A program made the translations under genes and the position numbers. 64,000 bases of DNA. It comes from Tilletiaria anomala UBC 951. Its lineage: Eukaryota. The DNA lies in assembly GCF_000711695.1 (NCBI RefSeq), contig NW_013547016.1, positions 248,001-312,000 of the forward strand, in the 5' to 3' direction. The notes beneath the pieces are model-generated. The model ran no database searches. It worked only from the letters and a program-made list of their open reading frames with translations, and was not told where the DNA came from. Below are positions 26,824 to 37,524 of this stretch, one piece after another (within the stretch, counting starts at the first letter, position 1; each line of letters begins with the position of its first letter).

Positions 26824-28881
26824 ATGCTCTACATCCTCGACTACGGCGCCGGCAGTGAGTATCAGAAGCCAGACTCATTCAGGAATCGTCGCTGACTTCC
26901 CTCGCCACCTCAATTCCGGCGGCTTTCTTCATGCCTTTTTGTAGATGTCCGCAGCCTGGCTAACTCGATCAAGAAGCTCGGCTACGATTTTAAATGGGTT
27001 GCTTCCCCAGCGGACCTCGAAAAAGCCGATGTGCGTATCGTACTCGCCAAGCGATGCCCCTGGCAATGATGAGCGCGATACCAACTGATCGCCATCGCTT
27101 ACTTGACACAGGCCCTGCTATTTCCCGGGGTCGGCTCCTACTGGGGAGCGCTGCATAGCCTCCGAACAAAAGGCTATGTAGAGCCTCTAAAAGCCTACAT
27201 CGCCTCTGGGAAACCGTACATGGGCATCTGCATTGGCATGCAGGCCCTCTTCGACGCCTCGGACGAAGGCACAGAGACTGTCCCAGGATTGGGGATCGTA
27301 CCTGGCAGAGTGTCAAGGTTTAGCGAGGTCGATGCGAGCGGTCGGAAAAAGAGCGTGCCGCAGATGGGGTGGAACGAGGCGCGTGCGTTAGAAAGGGAGC
27401 AGATCGGCTTCGCAGAAGCAGAGCGCTATGGCCTTTCTTCCAGCTCCAGCTCCAGCTCCAGTAGCACAACTCAGCACTTTTACTTTGTCCACTCCTATCG
27501 AGCGGCGTACGATCCCAAGTTGCACGCCGAGTGGGCGCTGACGCTAACACAGTATGGTGAAGAAGTGTTCATCAGCTCCATCTCCCGCGGTAATGTCTTT
27601 GGCACACAGTTCCACCCAGAGAAGAGCGGTCGTGCCGGGCTGGAGCTGCTACGTGCCTGGCTGCACCGCTCGTGCGACCAGTCTAATTTGGCAGCATCGC
27701 CGTCGTCGTCAGCTGCTGCCTCGACATCGGCGACGCCGCGCGAATCCAGCAAGGTCAAGGATGCGGAAGCGGCCGGGAAACCAAGAGGAGGCAAGGATGG
27801 GCTGACAAAGCGTGTGGTTGCGTGCTTAGATGTGAGGTCCAATGATGCGGGCGACCTGGTCGTGACCAAGGGGGAGTCATACGACGTCCGCGAAAAGGCA
27901 GACGAGCATGAGCAAGCCGGGGCGGACGGTAAAGGCGCCATACGCAACCTTGGCAAGCCGGTCGACTTGGCACACAGGTACTACCTCGAAGGCGCCGATG
28001 AGATTGTCTTCCTCAACATCACGTCTTTCCGCTCGAGCCCGCTGAAGGACCAGCCGATGCTCGACGTCCTGCGCCTCGCCGCGGCCGAGTGCTTTGTCCC
28101 GTTGACTATCGGCGGCGGGATCAAGGACTTTGTCGAGCCGGATAGTGGTGTGACCAAGAGCGCAAAGGAGGTGGCGGACGAGTACTTCCGCGCCGGCGCG
28201 GACAAGGTCAGCATCGGCTCCGAGGCGGTACTGGCTGTCGAGGAGATGCTTGCGCGGCAGGGTTCTGGCGTGACGGATCCCGCGCTGGTCGATGACAGCG
28301 CGCTGACGGGCAAGACAGGGATCGAGATGATCTCCAAAGCGTACGGTGCCCAAGCTGTCGTTGTCAGCATCGACCCGCGGCGCGTGTACCTGCAGCCGTC
28401 GGACGCGGTGCCGCCCGCACATGCGGCGTGCGTCGTCACTGGTGAACCAGGCAGCGAAGATGCCGGCAAGCGATGGTGGTACCGCTGCACGATCAAAGGC
28501 GGGCGCGAGGATCGAGATATCGACGTCGTGCAGCTTGCGCGTGGCGTGCAGCGACTCGGGGCTGGCGAGGTCCTACTGAACAGCATCGACCGTGACGGGA
28601 GCAACAAAGGCTTCGACCGGCAGCTCGTCGACCTCGTCCGCCGCAGCGTCAGCATCCCCATCGTCGCGAGCTCCGGTGCGGGCGTGCCAAAGCACTTTGA
28701 GGACATCTTCGTGCCGCAGCCGCTGCGCACCGGCGAGGCGCCGAGCTCTGTCGAGGCCGCTCTCGCAGCGGGCATTTTCCACAGGCAGGAGTGCACGATT
28801 GGTGAGGTCAAGCAGCACCTGCTCGCCACCAGCTTCAACGTGCGCAGCGAGAATGTGCAGGAGGGCGCCAGCGAATCATAG
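26824..28881 (+). CDS. HIS7: Imidazole glycerol phosphate synthase HisHF
   Basis: Exons 26824-26854 (MLYILDYGAG), 26945-27030 and 27112-28881. Glutaminase motifs FPGVG, GICIGMQ and QFHPEKS; cyclase motifs VACLDV, PLTIGGGI, GADKVSIG and LLNSIDRDG. Confidence 0.97.
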
Positions 28882-29049
28882 AAGCGAATACTAAAGCGGG
28901 CGACATCGATGTCGCATAGATCGAGAAACAAATTGCAATGCATGAGACAAAAGGGACAGCTAATGCTGAGGATATAATACAACACCGATGTGAACAGTGC
29001 GATCTAGATCTACAGGCCGATTGATGCGAATGGCAGGAAAGCTGATGTG

Positions 29050-31396
29050 TCATTCCGAACGCTCCAGCATCTCGACAGTCTGCAATATTTCTCCGAGTTG
29101 CATATGCAATTTGTCGAGGACGAGCTGATCGATTGGGTTGAGGTACGTCCCCGTCCCTCCTTTGGCCTCCGACGGCGCGACAGCGGCGTCACCAGGTGTG
29201 CCGCCTGCGTTCGGCGGCTTTCTGCGAGCCATATCGGACACCTTGCCGAGCGCGTTACGCAGATCCCGCAGCTCGAGCTTCATAGCGAACAACGCAATAC
29301 GGTGCGCGTTCGCCTCCGACGGGCGCCAGTCGCCAATCTTGATGTCGAGGGGCGCGCTGCTGCTTGCGGTCACCATACCGCCGCTGCTGACGCTCAGCGC
29401 GCCGCCGATGCCCTCCTTGAGCGTCTTGACAGCGCGCGCGTAGATCTGCAGCGCGGTCGAAACGAGCAGGCTGGCGGACATCTGCGTGCTCGGGTCCGTC
29501 CGGCATGTTGGGCACTCGGCCGAGCAGGCGCAATGCGCGGCGACCGCCTGTGAGGTGGAGAGCGTCAGCTGCAGCGTGGTACCTGGGTTCACTTTGCGCT
29601 TTGATGCTGATGTAAAGGGTGAGGCTGATTCGGTGGAACTCGGTTCTCCTGGTGTCTTTGAAAGCGAGGCAGCAGGTGCAAGTGCCGTGGTGGCGCTCGA
29701 TGATGCTCTGGGCTTGCCGCTATCATCGAACGGCTCGCCCGCCGCGCAGGCAGCCTCGCGTAGGTTCTGCCGAACGCTGATGAGCGCAACGCTCATATCG
29801 CACAAGCAGGTGCAGCCGTGACCGGAGGGATTGGGAACGCAGAACACTTTGCGCTTGCTTTGCGCATTTGCTGCTGCCGCGGCGGTAGCGGTGGAGGAGA
29901 ATGAAGAGGATGAGGAAGAAGCTGGGTAGGTTGTCCAGGTTGGAAGAGGAGCTGGTGCTCGATATGGCGAATGAGAAGGAGTGGAGCGGTGTTGGCCCTC
30001 AAGATACGAAGATGGATGGTCATGTCCTTTCATGAGTGTCGAGTTTGCATTCGCACGCTTGCTACAACAAGGCTCTGCTTTTGCCAGCTCAGACTTGGCC
30101 GAGCTTACCTCGAGCATCGACGGACCTGCTATGCAACAAGATTTGACGGTTTCGGATGCCTCTACCTTTCCGTCGTCAGCGGTTGGCGCGGCCTGTACCG
30201 CTGCGGCCTCCTCAACAGAAGCAGCACCCGAAACGACTTCCCTGTCATTTTCTTGCCATCTGGTGCCGTCTGCGGTGATCAGCCTACCCTTGCCCATACC
30301 GCACCTTGGCCCACGCGAACACATGAGCGAGGGAGACCGGGCAGCACCGAGAGTTGCCAAGTCGGAAGCACCTGATGGTCCGCTTTGCGCAGGAATGAGT
30401 CCGCAGTTCTGTATCCCATTCGGGGACTTGTTCGCCGCGTTGCTCGTTGTTTCGGGATAGTCTCCCGTGAGCTTACTCAGGTCCCACCAGCTGAAGTCGG
30501 CTGGCACTGCGTAGCTGACATTTGGGTCAAGGATGGCGCTGCCTGCCAGGTTCCAGCTACCCGGCGCGGCAGTTCCAGCTGGGGGGGAACCGCCACTGAC
30601 TGCCTGACTCAGCATGGTCGGGCTGAAGCCATCGGACGCCGCGATCTCGAGCGTGTCAAGCGATTGTAGGAAGGCGGCTATAGACAAGTCGGACAGCGAC
30701 GGGCTCGAGGGTGAGTGCGTGGGATGCTGCGTTGCCTGATGAGGCGACGCATGTGAGACGCCGTTCGCGCAGGACGTAGTCAGCAGTAGCGGATTGATGC
30801 TCATCCTCGACCCTGCAACACTTGTCGGAACTGCCTCTGCGTTTGACCAGTATGATGGCGGTGCAATGCCAGGGATAGACTGAAGGCCGGGTGATGAGCC
30901 TGGGGTCGACGGCTGACTGAGCTCACCGTCTGCCTTTCGCTTCTTTGGACGTCCGATCGGTTGCCGGGCCTCTGCGGGGAAGCTGGCATCAGCATGAAAG
31001 ACAAACAGACTTTCCTCGCCGGCCTGCTCATCTGCGCTCTCACCGCACCATGAACAGGGGGGAGAAAGACGTACCATATCTGCAGTCCGTACCGGACTTT
31101 TCGCAACGCATACAGCCACCCTCAAAGATGGGCCTGCCATCACACTTAAGTTTACGGTCCCTGCATACCTTGCAGGCACTGCGAATGATTAAGCCGAGCC
31201 GAGCGGCCTCGCCCTGCGTGTAGATGTGTCCGTCATGGCCGACGATATGAGCGTGATCGCGGTTGCTGCGAACCGTCACGTTCGCTTCATGTGCCGCTTC
31301 GAGGTTAAGGTCAGCACCAGCAGCGGTGTGCCTATGCCCAACACCAATCCTTCTGTCTGCACCAGCGCGAGGAGCTGGAGGCGCGCTGGCTGCCAT
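29050..31396 (-). CDS. Zn(II)2Cys6 fungal transcription factor
   Basis: ACKVCRDRKLKCDGRPIFEGGCMRCEKSGTDCRY, intron 30972-31074, then EARQPIGRPKKRK (basic tail/NLS) and a long exon with Cys-rich patches. Confidence 0.9.
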
Positions 31397-34300
31397 GGTG
31401 GTGGTGATATGGCCGCCTGGGTCCGACAGCTGCACGCTGCGCTACCGCCTCCCAGTCACGCCCGATTGCACAGGCTCTTGGCGTGCAGCTTCCAATGTGG
31501 TGAAGCGCATGCTATGGGTCTCTGGCCTTGCATTCGCATTGACCCGATACGCACCCATGCTACACGTCTTTCTCCATTTCGCTCTCCTTGCCAATCTGCC
31601 AACGAAGTCAAAGGAGAGTTGAACAAAAAGCATAAAAAGGCGTGTTCTCCGTTCGGCGATCGAGCAAAAAGTCACCGAGCTTCCTGCTCTACTTCAAAAC
31701 AGGCTCCTCTACCGCAGTGCCTGCAACCCGCCAGAAGCCCACATCATCGGCGGCTCTCCGCAGCAGCCTCATTCGATCACACCCTTACCTCATTGTTCGC
31801 ACAGCTACAAGGTACATCGACACGTGTGTGCTTCCTCGTGCGGCTGTCCCTTCTCATCTCACGTACAACAATGGCCAATTGGCCTGCCTGAATGATTCAC
31901 CAATGAAGACTGATAATGTACTTGCGGCCTTTGCCAAGTCCCGTGGCGACCGGCACCCTACCCGTATTGCTTCAGCGATCATAAGGTCGATGGGTTGGCT
32001 TGCAATTTGGCTGGCACAACTGGTATGGCGGGTGTGGCATCGTGGTCACGTCGCGAACCCTTCTGCCATGCCAACCCTGTACAAAACGAGAGAACACTGC
32101 ACTAGTAGGCACTGTACACCACAATAAATGACACCTCGCCAGCGAGACACCCCGTGGACGTAACGCGAGCTCCGGACCGCTTTTCGGAGCACGGCTCCAG
32201 TCATCGGTCATCCACCACCGCACCATCTTTGATACGGTTCTCGTCCCAGAGTGACATGCTTGCAGTTCGGACGACTGCGCAGGGTAAGCGCGGGTGTTTC
32301 CAATCAACTTGACAACGGGGATATCCGAGAGGCATCGCGCAACCGGCTGCACGTCTCGCACTTTGTTTGCGGTTTGTGCCTGCCAGCTTGTCGAACCGCT
32401 TGCCAAATGACTCTGAAGAAGCCTGTTCCCTCCCCGAATCGTTTCTCATGATCTATTTTTAGAAAGAAAAGGGTGCCCACGGCGACGATGTTCGTCTAGG
32501 CAATGATTTGTTTGCTTTGCATCTCATCATCGCTGAAGCGAGCGTTCAAAGGTTATTCATTAGCTTGATGAATGACACAAAGGCCGGTGAAATTCTGTAA
32601 TCTCCGATCGCCTGCTTGCTTGACCGTCGGTGGTGATCAAAATAGTGTTCAGTTCAAATGAACGGCCACCGGCCACCGATCAGCGGTCCGCGCAGAACAG
32701 CCGCTGACTTTTAAACCTTCGCCCTGCCTTCGGTTTTCAATGCCGTGCACTTCAAATTTGACTCTCTTTGAGAATAGGCTGATATAACTCTGGACGAAAG
32801 CCTTTTGTGTGCACCTTGGTTTCCCAACGAGACAGCGGGATTCGCAAGCATTCCAAACTTTTGTAAATACATCTTCGGACTTCGGTGGCCAACATCCCCA
32901 ATGGCACATGCAAGCTCCGAACGACCCCATGCCTCCGGTTTCAATGTTGAGCGTATGGGAGAAATACAATGCACTAACATTTTCCTTGTCACTGAGAGCG
33001 ACATTGACCATTTCGACTTGATCGTATGCACTTCAAACAGATGGTGACTATCGCCAGCAACAGCTGATACGGTACAGCATGATGATAGCGGCGCCCAGGT
33101 ATCTAGTCGGTAGTCGTCTCACTATCTCACTATCTTCACCTCACACCTCACACCTCACTGTTCATCTGCTCACTCATGGTAACACCGCATACACGACAAC
33201 TCTCCACATACCTAATATTTCAAATGCACGCTTCACGCTTGGCATGGCCAACTCTGCCTGCCCATTGCGCCTCGCACTCACTGCAGTGCGCAGCTTTGTG
33301 CCATCCTGGGACAAGTTGTAACCCTATTACGCCTTGATTTAGTTCGCGTTGATCCAGGCTCGTTCAGGACATCGGTGCAGGACTGTTCATACGTTGGCGC
33401 CCCACTGTGAGCAACAAACCTCCAGGTCTAAAATGTAGTTCATTGCGCCCCACCTGGTTCGTGTCCACCATCTGAGGTCGCCGGTCTTGCCCAATTCAGT
33501 CTGTTTTATGTAGCGACAAGTCTGCAACGCCAGATGTGAGGCGGCAACTACATTTTCTTCGTCGTCTGCACTCTGCAATTCATATGCGTATTCATCCAAG
33601 GTGTCCCCCCCCAACGATCGTAAGCGGTGGTGATGACCAGGCGATACCGGTGGCCAGCACATGCCAGCGACCAACACCCTGCAGGCCGATCTACATCCAA
33701 TTGCTCTCCTCACAATGGTAGATCATCTGTAATCGTGGATATTTAACAGCAGCAATACAACAGGCTGAACCCCTGCAGCTCAGCAGCGCATTTCTATTTA
33801 TATATTATCTTGAGGGGGAGCGGTTCAGGCCGGCGAAAGACACAAAGGTAGAAGTGTGAGGCGGGCGAGCATGGGGGCAGCGCACAACATCCGGCGTCCA
33901 GACTTGACGACTGTCGCAATAGGCGGAGACTCTAGATTCGAAGAATAGTAGACTCCAGTGTAGACAAATGCCTTTTTGGCGGTTGCCAGATTGTCAGCGT
34001 AGGGTGACATGCAGCCAGACGGCATCGAGAATATACTTTCGGTTGTACTACAGAGGACATAAATTCAGACGGTCAAAGGGTCACACGACGAGAATCGATA
34101 CTGGAAACTGCTAGGCTGTTCCGTCACCCTGGTTCAGTTCTGGTCCAAAAGTCCTAAAGGGTGTATAGTGTCAATGTGGACACCAAACGGAGCGCGAAAT
34201 CCTGCAGGATCGCCATTGAAGATTATTGACCGCTCTGACGTCAATCTTCAACGGATCGTTTTATCTGTAGAAGTGAGATACATATAAATGTATTGAGAGT

Positions 34301-34855
34301 GGGGAATGCAGATTGCAGTCAGCCCGCAAGCCGAAGCCTGAAATAAAAGGCTAATGGCACGTGGTAGATTCCCGATGACTTCGTCAATGCTTGGGCTACA
34401 CGGGCAGGCGTAATACTTGGTCCTGCCTGAGAATTAGGTATCGTCTGGCCCAAAGCCAGCCCCGTCCACGGCGAAACCGATGCACGGTCGCCTGCTGGGT
34501 GAGGAATGGAAGACTTGGGACGAGACTACTGATCCCGTCATCTCCGGACCCTTAGTCTTTCACTTTCGCGATTTCCCCACCCATTCAGCTCGATAAAGGC
34601 ATGGCGACTGGTACCTTCATCAGAGCAGCTCTCCTTCCTCTTCAATAGGCACATTTTAGTGTCTCACAGGCTTTCATACCTTCGATGCACAAATGAATTG
34701 ATCTCAAAAGATAATATATATCATAAAGTCTCCCGGTTTCCATATTGAATAATTCTCCCCACTGATCCTGCACTTTGCACCAACCCCGCTGATTCCAGCC
34801 ACCCATACAACTCCTCTTCGTCCAGCCATACATACCACCCCGAATCTATTTCAAC

Positions 34856-35315
34856 AAGAGGCTCACCCAATTTTCCACCATCTCTAGCCTGCTGGTCCTA
34901 GCCGTCACCACGATGCCACGCCAAGAGAAGAGGCAGCCGAGCTGCGCCAGCTACTACCACTTCATCCACTTTGCCCTCGCTCTCAAATGGTGAAGCAGTA
35001 TGTTATCCCCATGAGAGCGTCTCGCAAGATAAATGTGTTGACAAACCTCTTTCGATGATGCCCTGCTCGCCATATGAATGGCTGCCTTGTAAATTCTCCA
35101 TGAGCCTCTCCAGCGGCAACGACCTGCGGTCGCATACAGTGTTCGCGAAAGACACCGCCGTCCTGCGCGATACGGTCGGCCCCAAGGGCGTCAGGGACAC
35201 GCTTCTCTTCCGGACGCCAGACAACAGTAGGTTCAACAGGCTCGGCACGGACTTGAATGATCACGCTGGTACATTTTCTTGCATTGCTTGCTACTGGTTG
35301 TGCTTTCTCTTGTGA
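34856..35315 (+). pseudogene. Possible decayed secreted-protein gene
   Basis: TATA-like AT-rich tract at ~34712, then CAAC-AAG and RLTQFSTISSLLVLAVTTMPRQEKRQ (signal peptide plus KR site). A frameshift leads to AAPATTTSSTLPSLSNGEA and a GTATGT donor at 34998. Confidence 0.3.
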
Positions 35316-36361
35316 ACCCGTTTGGACAAGGACAGGGAAGCGAGACCGTCAATGCGAACTTTTCTGGCGTGCGAGTGCCCCTCTGTTGGGGAAAAAAGCT
35401 GCTGCTGGACGAATGAAGGGGCTTACGTTCATCCATTCTTCCGTCGTTCACTTGTGCGTCACGGCTACTCCGTCTTGAACGTGACGTAGTACAGCAAAAG
35501 AGGTAGGCGAGAAGGTCGATTCGACCTTCTGTTTCATCGACACAGGCTCGTCTGACACGTTGGTCGTCGATGCCCACTTTACCTTTCTCGGGATCATGTA
35601 TCGGCGAAGTACATCCTGTTTCGTGAGCGCACGGGTACCTCTTGGCCATTCCCGTATCTTATATCCTATCCCATGCACGATTCATGAGATAAGAGATAAC
35701 AGATCCTGTATGGAAAATAATGGATACAACAAACAGAGGAGGGCGATCAGCATACATTATTACCTTGCAACCAAAAGACAGGCACAAATTGCTCTTCCCA
35801 GGATATGGAGGTGTGGGTGAGGAGGTAGCTAGAGCACGGCATAGGACTCGATGATGTACAGTGGTATCATCGGTAATCAGGCTCCAGGGAACCAAATGGT
35901 GATGATATATGTATGACGGGAGAGGACTCACCTGGTGGCTCGAGATCGCCAGTCGATCGGTCATTGCATCCGTTACGCCTGGCTGCTCTTAGCTGGACTG
36001 CCAACGGGACAACTTTGCCGGGCATTGCTGTATGAGAGATGTATGAGTCATGTTCAATTAAATTCGACTATTTTCCGCACCCCGCAGTGAAGAAGCTGTG
36101 TTCTCACCGCAGTCGCAAGATGAGCGTGGAATCGTAAGCGCCAAAGTCATGATGACGTTGCCCCAGCCCGAAGCCTTCTCACCGTGAGGATAGAAAGGGC
36201 AAGTATATACATGAGTCACCTATCCTACAAAAGCGATCGGCGATATGTAGATGGTGGCTAGGCATACGGAACCTAAGATTCTGGTCAAACTCCGTGACGA
36301 TTGGACACGTGTGAGGGATGCAAGGAGGAATAGCAGCAAGCGCAAAGGTGGTGATTGCAGC

Positions 36362-37456
36362 ATGTCCCATCTTTTGTCTCGTCATGGGCACAACCGCACA
36401 AGGAAGTCGAGCTCTGAGCGACAGTTGCGCAAGAGGCCCCGGCAGCCCGCGTCGCCTTCTCCTTCGCGGGGCGCATCCCAGCCTAGCGATGAGCCTGGTC
36501 CTTCGAGCCGATCCAGACGTGCGCCGGTGCGAGACGCTGGCGATGAGGAATGGGGAACAAAGCTAGCCGACCTCGAAGCGGAGGATTTCTCGCATCTAGC
36601 CGATGGCTGGGAGCGCTTTCAGTCCTCATACGAGCAGGAGCTCGCATATGAAGAGGCGGGCATGCCATTCGAAGCGGGCTCGGCATCAAAAGCATCTCGC
36701 TACGCGGCGCTACATGGTGGTGCTTACGGGGCCTACGAAGACGCGGCCATGCCGAAAGTCGATATACCAAAGCGCTACATGGATAAATTAGGAAATACTG
36801 GTGCAGATTTTCTCAAGCGTGGCGGGATGGACATGGACGACGAGCAGTATGCTGAATATGTCCGCGAGGGCATGTGGCGCCGATCAAATGCGTCATATAT
36901 ACGCGATCAGGAGGAGCGCGCGCGACAGGAAACCAAGAGAAAGGCTGAGAAGGAAGAGAAAGCGCACCGGCGACGGGAAAGGGCAAAGCGACGAGAAAAG
37001 GAGGCGAAGAGGCAGCGGTTTGAGGAAGAGCAATTTGCGCTGCGAGAGGCTCGCAAGAAGTGGGAGGATAGATGGACGCAGTTGAGAGCTGCGAAGGCTG
37101 GCGAAACCACGGATCCGCTTTGGTTTAGCGACCTCCCGTGGCCGTGCCTGTCGATGTGGAATGGAGATCTCAATCCAGTGTTGACAAAGGAAGCCATTTC
37201 GCGGTTTCTCTTAGCGCCGGACGGCTTGGACGCCGACAAAGCAGCATCCGCGGCTTCAGCCCGGACGCGTCTTCGAACCGCACTACTGCGGTATCATCCC
37301 GATCGCTTCCTCTCAGCGCCATGGTACGCTCGTATTCCAGAAGCGAGCCATCTGCGCGAGAAGGTTCGAGAATGCGTGCTGCAAATTGCTAGAATCTTGA
37401 ACGAGCTACAGGCAGAGCAGCGCGAGAAAGAAGCCAGTAAAGGTCATGTGCCATAG
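36362..37456 (+). CDS. NF-kappa-B inhibitor-like protein 1 (NFKBIL1)-like protein
   Basis: Single-exon ORF (alternative upstream ATG at 36251) with MDDEQYAEYVREGMW, a charged coiled coil, WFSDLPWP, AISRFLL and RLRTALLRYHPDRF. Confidence 0.75.
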   Translation: MSHLLSRHGHNRTRKSSSERQLRKRPRQPASPSPSRGASQPSDEPGPSSRSRRAPVRDAGDEEWGTKLADLEAEDFSHLADGWERFQSSYEQELAYEEAGMPFEAGSASKASRYAALHGGAYGAYEDAAMPKVDIPKRYMDKLGNTGADFLKRGGMDMDDEQYAEYVREGMWRRSNASYIRDQEERARQETKRKAEKEEKAHRRRERAKRREKEAKRQRFEEEQFALREARKKWEDRWTQLRAAKAGETTDPLWFSDLPWPCLSMWNGDLNPVLTKEAISRFLLAPDGLDADKAASAASARTRLRTALLRYHPDRFLSAPWYARIPEASHLREKVRECVLQIARILNELQAEQREKEASKGHVP

Positions 37457-37524
37457 AATGCACGGCGCTGGCACTTTATGAAGAACATGCATTGCAATTT
37501 AAGCATTTTCCCACGAAGGGTACA

